64,000 bases of DNA from Gracilinanus agilis (GCF_016433145.1 NC_058133.1:474839660-474903659), one strand, 5' to 3'; positions 26,461 to 38,542 are shown, counted from the first letter of the stretch. The notes: generated by a model from the letters alone, not told the origin. Made by a program: numbers and translations.

Positions 26461-26924
26461 CCGCGCCATTAGATTGTAGGAAATATCTTAAAAGAGGATT
26501 TTCTGCTTGTATGACCCGCGCTTAGCTCAGTGCTGTGTACGCACGTAGTGAGCGCTTAATTAGTGCATGATTCATTCATTCTATCCGTCAGTCAGTCGGA
26601 AGCTGTCTCCCTCCCCCGCTGGATTGCAAGCACTTCCAGCCTGGCGCGGGAGACCCTCCACCCCCATCCCCCTTCCATTCCCCACCCCAGACCCAGCTTC
26701 CCTTCTTGTCCCACCCACCTGCAGCTATTTGTAGCCTCCTTCTACGTCACAGTAGGAATGGGGTAGGATCTCTTCACTCCCACCTCTGCGAAATTTGGGT
26801 GGGCTACCTGAAGCAGGGAGCTTGGATGCTTGGATTGGGGGATGGGCCCGGGATAAGGTCAAAGTTTGAATGGGGAATGGCCCCTTAACCTCATTTGCCC
26901 TTTCCTCCGTCCTTCTTGTAGCTG

Positions 26925-27350
26925 ATGCTAAGTGGGCTGCACGCCCGACTCCTAGCCCCCAGGGCCATGTCTGGCTGTGTCCAACTCTCCAGTAGCAGTG
27001 TAAAGATGGCCGGAGCGGAGGGCCCGGTGGAAGCAGCCATAAGAACAAAGCTGGAGCAGGCCCTGAGCCCAGAGGTGTTGGAGATCCGAAATGAGAGCAG
27101 CGGCCACGCAGTGCCTCCTGGCAGCGAGACCCATTTTCGTGTGGCCGTGGTGAGTTCCCGCTTCGAAGGACTGAGCTACCTGCAGCGCCACAGATTAGTC
27201 CATGCTGCCCTGTCCGAAGAACTTGCAGGGCCTGTCCACGCGCTGGCCATCCAAGCTCGGACCCCTGCCCAATGGAAAGAAAACCCCCTACTAGATGTCA
27301 GCCCTGCCTGCCTAGGTGGGAGTAAGAAAGACCTCCGGAGTGCCTCCTAA
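26925..27350 (+). CDS. BOLA1: BolA-like protein 1 (mitochondrial Fe-S/GLRX5 partner), 141 aa, single coding exon
   Basis: GPVEAAIRTKLEQALSPEVLEIRNESSGHAVPPGSETHFRVAVVSSRFEG...RHRLVH...CLGG; acceptor ccttcttgtag ends at 26921. Confidence 0.96.
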   Translation: MLSGLHARLLAPRAMSGCVQLSSSSVKMAGAEGPVEAAIRTKLEQALSPEVLEIRNESSGHAVPPGSETHFRVAVVSSRFEGLSYLQRHRLVHAALSEELAGPVHALAIQARTPAQWKENPLLDVSPACLGGSKKDLRSAS

Positions 27351-27435
27351 AACCTGGGAGAAAAAAGGAGGACTCCTGTATTTTGGATTTGTGGGAGGAG
27401 AGTCACTGACTTTATTTGGGGGCCTGCCCTCTGGA

Positions 27436-27441
27436 AATAAA
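27436..27441 (+). terminator. BOLA1: BOLA1 poly(A) signal
   Basis: AATAAA 86 nt after the stop, followed by GU-rich tgtgtctgtg. Confidence 0.8.
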
Positions 27442-27612
27442 AATGTGATCGTCTCACTGTGTCTGTGATCATGGAACTGAGCAGAGAAAGAAGTGTCCCA
27501 CAGTGCAAACACACTAAGGGCAGTCAAGTGGAACTTAAGCCCTGTCAGATGGGGGGAGGGGGGGAGAAAGGGGACAGAACTGTCTATCTATATCCTCCTA
27601 CTGCTTCTTGCA

Positions 27613-27790
27613 GTTTTTGTTGTTTTACCCTTACCTTTTGTCTTAGAATCAATACTATGTATTAGTTGTGAGGCAGAAGACTGGTAAGACCTAAACAATG
27701 GAGTTTAAGGGAATGTAGGGAATGGCTGAAGTCACATTTGAACCAAGGACCTCCCATCTCTAGGCCTCAATCTCTATCCACTGGGCTTCC
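27613..27790 (-). mobile_element. SINE1_Mdo-like SINE
   Basis: Diverged reverse complement of the consensus. Confidence 0.75.
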
Positions 27791-28093
27791 CCCTCCATGA
27801 GGTTTTGCAGAACTAGCTGAGCTACCTGATTGGTTTATTTGAACCCCTGCTTTGGGCAAGAAGATGCCTTGGTATGGATAACAAGGAATGATAGCTGGCA
27901 TTGATAAAGAATTTAAGGCCTCACCCATTGATTTTGAACCTCATAATAACCCTATAAAGGAGGCACACCAGATATACCCATTTTACAGGCAGAACAGGTT
28001 CACAGAAATAAAATCCCTGGTTACTAGGTATGAGACCATGTCAAGAATTCAAATGAATCACCAAGATGGCAGTCTAGACTATTGAAATCCATG

Positions 28094-28388
28094 TGTTATG
28101 CCCAGTTTCGATCCCAGTGGCAAGAATGAGTCCACACCCACAATGTAATAAGCAATAGGAACTTTAATGCTAACTCAGAGTTAGGGTCCAGGACACTAGA
28201 ACTAACCTGGACCCCCTTGGGAGGGAAGCACAGGTTTTTATACAGGTTGTAGAGTATACACAACATTATGGGAGCCTAGTTACATTACAATGAACCTCCT
28301 GTTAGTAACTTTGGGTTTCTCGAAGAAGTCCTAGCTTGGGTTTGTTTGTGGTTGCTTGGTTCCTACTTTCTAACTTTGGGGTCCTACA
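28094..28388 (-). mobile_element. Solo LTR, 295 bp
   Basis: TG...CA ends and a perfect 4-bp TSD CATG (28090-28093, 28389-28392); minus-strand TATAAAA and ATTAAA in the expected order. Confidence 0.78.
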
Positions 28389-29427
28389 CATGAAAATAAA
28401 ATATCTCAAGAATAGTGACACTAGGAATTAAAAGTTTAGTTAACTGCTTCAAGTAACAAAATAAATAGATTCATTTAAGGCTTCTTTTAAGCTAACAAAA
28501 AGAAATTAGTAATTGCTAAAATTCCAGAGATGCCTTTCTGTAAGGAATGAATCCTTTTACCACTGTGTTCTTCAGGGTTCTTGCAAATAATTCATTGTGC
28601 TTGTATGGAAAACCCATCTTCTGTTGTCTTAGCTAACAATATGTAACCTCCTCTGCCCAAGTCAACTAGTCTGGAGATCCTTAGAAAAATCTTGAACTCC
28701 TTCCCAGCAAATGAGAAGATTTATTTGAAGTGGAGAAGTCACTGATATATTATTAAGTGCCTATTCTGTGCCAGTACTGGCAACCAGATGGCACAAGTGA
28801 ATCTAGTGTCAGAAAGACCTAAGTTCAAGTCTGACTTCAAGTCAAGTACTTATTAGCAGCTATGTGCCCTTGGGCAAGTCACTGCCTAAATATGCTTAGG
28901 TTTCCTTAACTGTAAAATGGGGATAAAAATAGCACCTCCCTCTTTGAAGGATTAAATGGGACAATATTTGTAAAGCACTTACTACAATGCCTGGTACACA
29001 GTAGGTATGATATAAATGTTAGTTATTATCACTTTGATAAATACTAGGTATATACAAATAAAGGCCAAAAATAGTCCTTGTCCTCAAGGAGATCACAAGC
29101 TATTGGGGGAGACAGCAAACAAATTACTATGTACAAAGAAGATATAGACAGGGTAAAGGAGATAATTTCAGAGGGAAGACTAACATTAAGGGGGACAGAG
29201 AAAGGCTTCTAACAGAAGACAGAATTTTAGCTGAGACTTCAAGGAAGCAAGGAGGTAAGGAGGGAGAGCATTCCAGACAGGGGAGTCGGACAGTGAAAAT
29301 GCAAGGAACCTGCAGATGGGTGTCTTGTTCAAAGAAGAGGAAAAAAGCTGATGTCACTGGATTGGAGGAGTATAAGTTTTGAGAAGGTTAGAAAGGTAGA
29401 AAGGAGCCAGGTTAGAAAAGGCTTTGA

Positions 29428-29628
29428 GGGGCAGCTGGGTAGCTCAGTGGATTGAGAGCCGGGCCTAGAGACGGGAGGTCCTAGGTTCAGATCTGGCCTC
29501 AGACACTTCCCAGCTGTGTGACCCTGGGCAAGTCACTTGACCCCCATTGCCTACCCTTACCACTCTTCCACCTATAAGTCAATACACAGAAGTTAAGGGT
29601 TTAAAAAATAAAATAAAATAAAATAAAA
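29428..29628 (+). mobile_element. Young SINE1_Mdo-like SINE (short-3' variant)
   Basis: 14-bp TSD AGAAAAGGCTTTGA (29414-29427, 29629-29642); CpGs retained; A-box TAGCTCAGTGG. Confidence 0.92.
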
Positions 29629-29994
29629 AGAAAAGGCTTTGAAAGCCAAATGGAATTTTCTTTTTGATCCTCGAAGTGATAGGGAGCTTCTGGAATTTAT
29701 TAAATAGGGCAGCGCCATAGTCAGAACTACTTAAGGAATATCACTTTGCTGAGTAAAGGATGGTCAAAGGTGGGGAGAAACTTGAGGCAGAAAGGCCAGA
29801 TAACAGCCTATTGCAGTAGTCCACACATAAAGTCCTGTAGCAGGGTAGTAACAGTGTCAGGAGTAGAGGAAAGATTACAAAAGTGGAATCAACAAGACTT
29901 AGCAACAGATAACATATGGAGTGTGAGTGCAAGAAGTTGGTGACATTGAAGTTCCCATCCCGAAGGATTAGGGGGACTCAACAGTAATAGAGGA

Positions 29995-30176
29995 GGGGCC
30001 AGCTACATGGCTCAGTGGTGAGAGTCAGGAGGTCCTGGTCAAATCTGGCTTTAGACACTTCCTAGCTGTGTGACCCTGGGCAAGTCACTTAACCACAATT
30101 GTCTAGCTCTTATCACTTTTCCGCCTTGGAACAAATACATAGAATTGATTCTAAGATGGAAAATAAGGATTTTTTT
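29995..30176 (+). mobile_element. SINE1_Mdo-like SINE
   Basis: Diverged family core. Confidence 0.75.
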
Positions 30177-30607
30177 CAAGTAATATGAGAGTTATGAAAC
30201 TGAGAGTATTTGTGGGGAAGACAAATGAATGAGATCCTGTTGTGTTTAAGATGTCTATGGAATATCCAGTTCAAGCCATTCACTAGGCAGTTAGAGATTC
30301 AAAAATGGAGGTCAGAAAATATATTAGGGCTAGATAAATAGACCTGAGAATATATATAGAGAGAGGGAATTGATAAAATCACCAAGAGAAATAGTATAGA
30401 GAGAGAGAGAGAGAAAAAGAGGACCCAGAACAGAGCCTTGAGAGATATCCATGATTACGTGTAATCTGGTTGAAGGTCCAGCAAAAGAAGCCAAGAAAGA
30501 TAAAACATAAAAAGGTGTAAGGAGAACTAGGGAAAAAATAGTGCTTAAAAAAGACTTCAATGAGAAGGTAATTTATACTAACAAAGGTTGCAGAAATCAA
30601 AACAGAT

Positions 30608-30821
30608 GGGGACAGCTGGGTGGCTCAGTGGGTTGGGAGTCAGACCCAGACATGGAGTCCTGGGTTCAAATCTGATCTCAGACACTTCCTAGCTGTATGA
30701 TCCGGGGCAAGTCGCCTAACCGCCCCCCACTGCCTAGCCCTTACCACTCTTCTGCCTTAGATCCAATACCCAGTATTGATTCAAAGACAGAAGGTAAGGG
30801 TTTAAAAAAAAAAAAAAAGAA
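30608..30821 (+). mobile_element. SINE1_Mdo-like SINE
   Basis: Full-length with an A tail. Confidence 0.85.
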
Positions 30822-30944
30822 ATCAAAACAAGTGAGGATCGATAAACCATTAAATCTGGCAATTAAGAGATCATTAGTAACTTTGGAGGGAGCAGTTTCA
30901 TTTGAAAGATGCCTCAGAAACCAGATTGTAGTTTGTTTGTTTGT

Positions 30945-32050
30945 TTTTTAAATAGCAAAAATTTTATGATAAATGAGATAGAAAACATTACGAAATCTTG
31001 GTAATTGAAAAGGTTTTGTATAAATGAAATAAATGTAGCCAGATTTAGAAGGAAAACAATAAGCCAATTGTGGACAATTTCTCAGAGAAAGGACTCTTAT
31101 CTAAAATATATAAGAAACTTTGTCAAATATATAAGAATGTGAACCATTTCCCAATGATAAGTGGTCAAAAGATAAACAAACAACTTTTGGATGACAAAAT
31201 CAAAGCTGTATATAATTTTATGAGACAATGCTCTAAATCATAATTGATTAGGGAAATGCAAATCAAAACAACTCTGATATTATCTCACACCTCTCCAATT
31301 AGCTAAGATGATAAAAGGGAAAAATGACATGTTGGAAAGATTGTGGGAAAATAGGAATATTAATATATTGTTGGTGGAACTGTGAACTGAGCCAACCATT
31401 TTAGAAAACAATCTGGAATTATACCCAAAGAGTTATAAAACTATGTATATCTTTTGACCCAGTAATACCACTATTAGGTTTTTTTTCCTACGTTGATCAA
31501 GGAAGAAGGAAAAGAGACTATTTAAAAATATTTCTAGCAGCCCTTTTTGTGGTGGCAAAGAACTGGAAACTGAAGGGATGTCCATCAGTTGGGACATGGC
31601 TGGACAAATTGTGGTATACGATTGTGATGAAATACTATTATGCCTTAAGAAAAGATAAACAAGATGATCATAAAAAAAAAACCTGGAAAAAGTAAAGTGA
31701 GCAGAACCAAACAACAACAATGTATGATGATCAACTGTGAATGACTTATCAACAAGGCAAGGATTTAGGACAACACCAAAGGACTCATGGCAAAAAAAGA
31801 ATTTCCCCAGCATAGAAAGATCAGACAGAGTCTAAATACAGAGTGAAACATACCATTCTTTACTTTATTTCCTCCATGAATTTTTCACTAGTATAAGCAA
31901 CAAAAAAGATGAACAGGGAAATATGTATGATATGATACTATATGTATATCATATACCATATTACCTGTTATCATGGGGAGAGGGAAGGGATGGGGAGGAA
32001 AAATAAGAATGAGACAAATGTTTGAACATAGCTAATGTGAGAATTTGTTC
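30945..32050 (+). mobile_element. LINE-1 3' fragment
   Basis: Same L1 segment as 1378-2700 ('agaaacaatctggaattatacccaaagagttataaaact', 'gtggtggcaaagaactggaaactgaagggatgtccatca'). Confidence 0.82.
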
Positions 32051-32693
32051 CTCTTGGAACATATTATTATAATTTTATATTATAAAGCATATTAGAATTT
32101 ATTACATATTACTACATATTTATAACAAATCATGTTGTTATATTCTTATGTTATATATTAAAAAACAAAAACAAAAATGATGTTTAAAAAAGTAAGAGGA
32201 AAGGAAGGGGAGGTACCAATTATAGATGGCCTTCTCAAAGAGTTTAGCCACAAGAAGAGATGGGGTCATAGAGGAGGTGGATACATCATTTGAGGGGGTT
32301 TTGAGGATGGGGAAGACATGGACATGTTTGTAGGCCAGTATAGAAGCAGCCAATTGACAGGCAGAGCTTGATGATGAGTGAAAAAGAGAATGATAGCAGG
32401 GTAATCTTCCAAAGAAGGTAGGATGGAATAAGATCTTGTGTATATAAAGGGGATTGCCTTGGAAAAGACCAGTAGCAAGGTGTAAACCCAGGTTTCAGAT
32501 CCAGTGTTTGCACTACACTGCAAATTTCATCTTCCAGAAATATAAAATTTAGTTGGGGGAGACTGGGTGTGGTGTAGAGTATAGTGGGAAAAGGACTAGA
32601 TTTGGAGTACAAGGACTTGGATTCAGATCCTTTGACTTAACTGCCTGGGTGACTATGGGTAAATGCTGTAATATCTCAGGACTTTGGCTTCCA

Positions 32694-32895
32694 TGGCTAG
32701 GTGGCTCAGTGGATTGAGAACCAGGCCTAAAAACAGGAGGTCCTGGGTTCAAATCTGACCTCAAATACTTCCTAGCTTTGTGACCCTGAGCAAACCATTT
32801 AATCCCAATTGCCTAGCCTTTACTGCTCTTCTCTGTTGGAACCAATATGCAATGGTGATTCCAAGATGGAAGGTAAGGATTTAAAAAAAAAAAAA
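32694..32895 (+). mobile_element. SINE1_Mdo-like SINE
   Basis: Family core and A tail. Confidence 0.82.
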
Positions 32896-32959
32896 TTGTA
32901 TCCATTGTTAAATATCCATTTTTGAAGCCTATTTGTACTCTACTTGTACCTTCACCAAA

Positions 32960-33408
32960 TCATCTCTTCATGTAGAGATGATGCATAAAGATTTTGTATA
33001 GGTGGGAGAGAAGGCACTCAAGTTAGCAGTTATTCATGTCTTTTTTTTATAAGGTCTGAAACTTTTTCCCACACCTTTGGAAGCTCTTTCCACTGATGGA
33101 GATCTCAGTCCATTCATTCTTGTTCTTCTCAAACTCTTGTGTGGTTCATCAGTGGGGAGTCACCCAATATATTGGGGGTTTTCTGATATCTCCAGGATAC
33201 CAATGAATCATATCCGATGTCTACACTGCCATTTTACCGTCACCTTGTGACTACTCATCTTCTAATCCTTTCATAGGTTTCCTTGATCACATCTCTTGCT
33301 CTTTTCTTTGAAATTCCCCATTGGTTCTACACTTGCATCCACCATGTGCTTCTCCATCATCCTCTGTGATTTCTGTTTGGTTCTTTGGAGATTGTTGCAT
33401 TCCTTGTT
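32960..33408 (-). mobile_element. RTE LINE 3' fragment
   Basis: The minus strand resembles the degraded C-terminus of an RTE ORF ('cagaggatgatggagaagcacatggtgg...gtgatcaaggaaacctatga'). Recognised by eye only. Confidence 0.55.
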
Positions 33409-33628
33409 AATGCCTAGCCTTTACCACTCTTCTGCCTTGGAACCCATACTTAGAATCAATTCTAAGCTAGAAGGTAAAGGTTTGAAAACAAGACAAAGAA
33501 TATGGAAAGCTCCATTTTTAATTTCATTCCCCCTGGGCCAGACAAAATGGGCAGAAGGATCAATAGAAACAAGCTTGTTTGGAAGAAATAAAGGCGCAAC
33601 ACTATCAGTTTTAAGGATTTTTTAAAAT

Positions 33629-33634
33629 TTTATT
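33629..33634 (-). terminator. SV2A: Candidate distal SV2A poly(A) signal
   Basis: Minus-strand AATAAA at the end of a TE-free 3' region about 1.7 kb after the stop. Confidence 0.55.
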
Positions 33635-35370
33635 TTTCTCATATTTTCATTTCATTTTTTCACATCAACTGGAGGGAAGGGGCATTCCCAGGAGGGTGGG
33701 AAGATGGACGGCCCCTCCTGGGCTGGAGGGGAAGGGGTTGCGTCCAGCAGGATGGGGTGACAGAGCTGTGGCTCATAACACATGGCACCAGAAGGGAAGG
33801 GGTGGTCTGAGCACAGACACAAAGAGTTCAACGGTCACCACCTGGTCAGTGTTACAAAATGAGGGGAGTGACCACAGGGCAAGGAGGGGCCAGACGCAAT
33901 ATAGGAGGAAGGGGAATTTGGAGTTTACTTTGTGTTTTTCATACTTTTCCCCTTTTTTTCTGTTTTTTTGTTTGTTTGTTTGATTTTATTTTATTTTTTT
34001 ACATTTTACAAACAGCTAAAAACTACAACACATCACAACTACAGTGGAGGGCACCAGAGAAAGACCAGTCACACAGGGTAAGGAGCAGCTACAGTTTAAA
34101 TGGCAGGGGCCATTTCATGGGGTAGAGATTATATGGTGGAAATGAGGCTCCTGGGCTAGGGCTGGAACTTCACCAAAGCTCCCAGCTTGGCTAGAGGGGC
34201 TCAGGGAAAGGGATCCCGTCTCCCCGCTCCCGGATCCTTGTGCTTTTAGATCTATCTGCTGGTTTGACCAAGTGCCTCCCCATGAGTCCAGATGGGGCCC
34301 CTTTGGAGAGTTGGGGCCTGTGCTATGGCGGGTAGAACCCCCTACCTGCAAGGGAGCCTGTGCTTCTCTAAGGGGACAGGAGGGGACACTGTGCTTAGAT
34401 CACGGCTCACCTAGAGTCGTCCCCCCCCAGTCTAGGTGTTCCCTTTGCCCATCTGACCCAGTGGTTACACTTCCTAGGCTTGACACAGGAAGGACAAACA
34501 GGGAATTGTGTTGGTGAGACCACAGTCACATGTATCTGTTAAAATTCCCCTTGGCTTAAATTTCAGGACAATACAGCAACACCCCCCTCCCCACTACATA
34601 CACACGATACACGTACACACATACACACATACGCACCCCTGCTGAGCTGCCTCAGAACTGAATATAAATAAATAAAAATCAGAAATCAAACTTTATAAAA
34701 CTCGGAGTTCAAATTCTAACCCAAATTGGGGGACAGGAAGGGGAAGGCCAGGGGGCTGAGGATTATTGCTACCCCCACCAGCATCCGCAGGGACCAGTCG
34801 GAGGACATCCCGTGACCCTCCATTTCAGGAGTTCCCTCTCCCCTAGATTCTGCACCCCATCTTCAGACCCCTGGGCTTCTGCCTCTCTACTTCCCTTACC
34901 CCTAAAGAACATACAGAGGGGCCCTGGGGAAAAGAGACACCCCATCCTCACCACTGCCCCTGCCCCCTGGTCCTTAGCTCCCAGAGAGAGCTGAGGTTCA
35001 CATAGGTTGAATAAAGGCCTTCTCTATGGACCCCAAAGTCGGGGTGAAAGCCTTAACCATAACATCAGGGAGAAAGAGGGAGAAGTATCTTCTGTACAAC
35101 ATTAAGGATAGGTGGACGAAGGGGATGGAGCTTCTCCACAACTCAAGGGGGAAGAACTTTCTCCTCTGTAGCCCCTGCCCCACGAGGACCACACTCATAC
35201 ATGCGCACACATGCACACACACAAGCACGCACACACACACAGCTAAGACACCAAACACGAAGAGGGGCAGAGAGGGGCGATGGGGAGTTCTCAGGGCCAG
35301 GGGGAGATGGGTGGTGACGAAGGAGCTATTAATCTCACAGTGCACTGCCCCCATGTCCTCCAGCTCTCCC

Positions 35371-35554
35371 TCACTGCAGCACCTGCCCCCGGGTCTCAGG
35401 CAGCTTTAGGGCAAGGGAACTGCCAAGGGCAAGCGCAGCCGAGGCAAAGAGGATGGGGGCAGCCTTAGTGACCCCCACAAAAGAGGTGAAGATGCTGATC
35501 CCGAGTACGGCGGCCAACTTACACAGAGCGTTCAGGAAGCCAAAGGCTGTGGTC
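35371..35554 (-). CDS. SV2A: SV2A last coding exon (184 nt)
   Basis: TTAFGFLNALCKLAAVLGISIFTSFVGVTKAAPILFASAALALGSSLALKLPETRGQVLQ*; acceptor ttccacag. Total CDS is 2229 nt = 742 aa. Confidence 0.97.
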
Positions 35555-35647
35555 CTGTGGAAGCAGGGAGAGAAGTACCAAACCATCAGAGAGCCCAAAG
35601 GGGATATGATGGGGATTCATGGGGGCAGGGAGCCAAGTAAGAAAGGT

Positions 35648-35795
35648 GGGTAGCTCAGTGGATTGAGAGTCAGGCCTAGAGATGGGAAGTCTTAGGTTCA
35701 AATCCAGCCTCAGACACTTCCCAGCTGGGTGACCCTGGGCAAGTCACTTGACTCCTATTGCCCACCCTTACCACTCTTCTGCCTAGGAGCCAATA
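35648..35795 (+). mobile_element. SINE1_Mdo-like SINE running into an N-run
   Basis: Head and core are visible; the 3' end is lost in N 35796-35923. Confidence 0.85.
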
Positions 35796-36316
35796 NNNNN
35801 NNNNNNNNNNNNNNNNNNNNNNNNNNNNNNNNNNNNNNNNNNNNNNNNNNNNNNNNNNNNNNNNNNNNNNNNNNNNNNNNNNNNNNNNNNNNNNNNNNNN
35901 NNNNNNNNNNNNNNNNNNNNNNNGAGTGGGCAGGGATGGTAGCCTGGGAGCAGCAGAAAGGACAACTCAAGGGCATTATACAGATGGGAGAGAAGGGCAG
36001 GAAATTTCCAAGCTGGGGTTTACACGAAGATGGAGCAATGGAAGTAGTATAACAACTATGGAAAATTAGAGAAAGGGAGAGAAAGAAGACACCACAAAAA
36101 GACTAGCAGTGGGAATTCTGGGAGCAATGAGCACCGAAGCAATAAAGTACGAGAGAGTATGGAGAAAGGTTCTGTGTTCATCCATCTTATCCATTGGAAC
36201 GAAGAATGATTTTCCTCCATTTGGTGCGCCCTCCTTCTCTTCCCACTACAATCCTCCAGCCCTTTGGACCCTCCATTCCCTCTATTATTCTCAGCTCCAA
36301 GATTTATCCCACCTAC

Positions 36317-36476
36317 CTCTTATCTGAGGGGTAGAGCTCAACGGTCAGCACATCCAGCGCGTTCCAAGACGCGATGCTGACCCCTCCAAAGAGGCAGAGT
36401 AGGGCAATCATGGCGGACTCACTGTTCCCAAAGGACAGGAAGAAGCAGGAGATACATGACATCACACTGGAGCCAG
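36317..36476 (-). CDS. SV2A: SV2A coding exon (160 nt)
   Basis: AGSSVMSCISCFF...VELYPSDKR; aatccag acceptor and GTAGGT donor. Confidence 0.97.
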
Positions 36477-37165
36477 CTGGATTGGGCAGCAAAAGAAGGC
36501 AGAGCATCAAGATTGGGAGAGAGCCACAGGTCCCACAACCCAGCCACCATCTTCTATGCCTACATACAGTTCAAAATCAACTAACCAACTATTTGGCTTG
36601 AACCAAGGCATGATCCGCAGCATCACAGACAAGAGTATTTTTCACCTCATCTTTCTGGATACTTTTACCTCCTACCAGAGAGTCAATCCTGGGTCCCCAC
36701 CTCTTCTTTCACAGAGCACAGATTGCTTAGCCTAATGCCCAGCACAAAATAGGTGCTCACTAAATATTTATTGACTAGGAAGCGGTATCAAGTAGAGCTT
36801 ATGCAGCCAGGCATAAAATGAGCCAGGGAAAAGAAGCAGGAATAAATAAATCTCTCAAATAAAAATTTAAGATTCATTCAGTCAGTTTGGGGGTGGGGAT
36901 AGTTTTGGAAGGTAGAAACCCCAGAACCTCTCAAGGATGGATTGAATAAGGCTGGTGGGGGAAAAGGGGCAGGAGAGTAATTTCCTATGAATGGTAACTT
37001 CCTATTTTTAGCTAATTATTCCTGCTAAACTTGGTGGTTTCTACACAGCCAAGGCGTCTGTGTGCAGACTGTATGCTCTAAATCTCAAAGCTCCATCGTC
37101 CTGTCCTAATTACACCAGAGTCAAAGCTGGTCTCTTCCCACCTCTCCTATTTGCTCCCCAATTAC

Positions 37166-37372
37166 CCAACATTCGCAGCCGGCCGATCTTGTCCATGAGC
37201 AGGGCTGACACGATGTTCCCAGGCAACACTGCGAGGGTCCCCAGAAAGCTGACAAAGTAAACCATGTAGGCACCTTCACCGGTCCCAGCCACATCCAGTG
37301 GGCAGCCCTCCTTGCTATGCAAGAATGTGCTATTTATCAGTCGGCTGCCTACAAACTTGTATTCAAACAGGT
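37166..37372 (-). CDS. SV2A: SV2A coding exon (207 nt)
   Basis: DLFEYKFVGSRLINSTFLHSKEGC...MDKIGRLRML; AG/GT boundaries in phase. Confidence 0.97.
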
Positions 37373-37560
37373 CTGGAGGACAAACAAACAAACAGACAAA
37401 AAGCAACTGAGTTCAGAGTGCTGTAGAGGAGTAGGGGAAGGGGCAGGCGGGTAAAAGGGAAGTGGGCTGTTTGTGGGTCAGTGGTCTGGATTGGGGAAGA
37501 TTCTGTCCCACTCCCTCAACAACGCCCGCCTCGCCTTTTGTCCGAGCAAAAGACTGGTAC

Positions 37561-37694
37561 CTGTGTTGTAGAATATTGTATTGATGAATGTGCAATTCCG
37601 AAAGAACGTGTTACTGGACGTGACATCCTCGAAGTAACATTCCTCAAACAGGGAGTCCTCGAAAGACACTGACTTCAGGCGCAGGCCAATAAAC
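37561..37694 (-). CDS. SV2A: SV2A coding exon (134 nt)
   Basis: FIGLRLKSVSFEDSLFEECYFEDVTSSNTFFRNCTFINTIFYNT. Confidence 0.97.
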
Positions 37695-37768
37695 CTGGAA
37701 AAGCAAAGATGGGGAGAGGAGACCACACAAGTCACAACCTCTCATTCTCCATTTCCTCCCATTTCTTC

Positions 37769-37968
37769 TTCTTTTTTTTTAAACCCTTACCTCCCATCTT
37801 AGAATCAATACTTTTTTGGTTCTAAGGCAGAAGAGTGGTAAGGGCTAGGCCATGGGGGTTAAGTGACTTACCCAGGGTCACCCAGCTAGGAAAGTGTCTG
37901 AGGCCAGATTTGAACCTAGGACCTCCCGTCTCTATACCTGGCTCTCAATCCACCAAGCTACCTAATGT
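37769..37968 (-). mobile_element. SINE1_Mdo-like SINE in an SV2A intron
   Basis: Reverse complement of the consensus. Confidence 0.85.
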
Positions 37969-38377
37969 CCCCTTTTTTCCTCACCTATAAAATGAGGATA
38001 ATAGAACCATCTACCTCACAGGATTGACGTGAGGCTCAAAAATAATAATATAGAAAATGTTTTGCAAACTATGTTATATTATGATTTTATAATATAATTC
38101 TATTATGCTATATATTATTATGGATGCTAGTGTTATTATTATTAAAGGGAGGAAGAAGAAAAAGGGGAGAGATTCTTCTTTATAGCCCTCCTAGTGTGCT
38201 CCCTCCTCCCCCTACTCTTGTGGTCCCAGTGTGTGCCCTTCGGTGGCTTCGGAGATGAGGAGAAAGCAGAGATGACCGACCCTGGCCATCCCTCCTCCAG
38301 ATTTCCCAGAAGATTGCCTGGTTGGACATGACTTGGCTGGGAGCAGAGAAAGGGATCGGGGAGATCCCCTCCCTTAC

Positions 38378-38542
38378 TTGTCATTGAAGTACTGGCCCCC
38401 ACGGTGAATCTGGTTCTCCAGTGTGAAGTTGAAGGTGACGTGCTCCACCCTCTCTCCCGCAAAGAGCCTGGTTCGGGCCGCGTAGTCAACTGCCTGGAGG
38501 TGACGGATCATGTCGGGGAACCAGACAGTTAAGCCGTAGTAG
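38378..38542 (-). CDS. SV2A: SV2A coding exon (165 nt)
   Basis: YYGLTVWFPDMIRHLQAVDYAARTRLFAGERVEHVTFNFTLENQIHRGGQYFND; tccctcag acceptor and GTAAGG donor. Confidence 0.97.

Larger units (their letters stand above)
28940..30600. mobile_element. Ancient L2-like LINE remnants, interrupted by SINEs
   Basis: L2-type 3' motifs ('gcctggtacacagtagg') and a purine-rich degraded body. Boundaries approximate. Confidence 0.6.
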
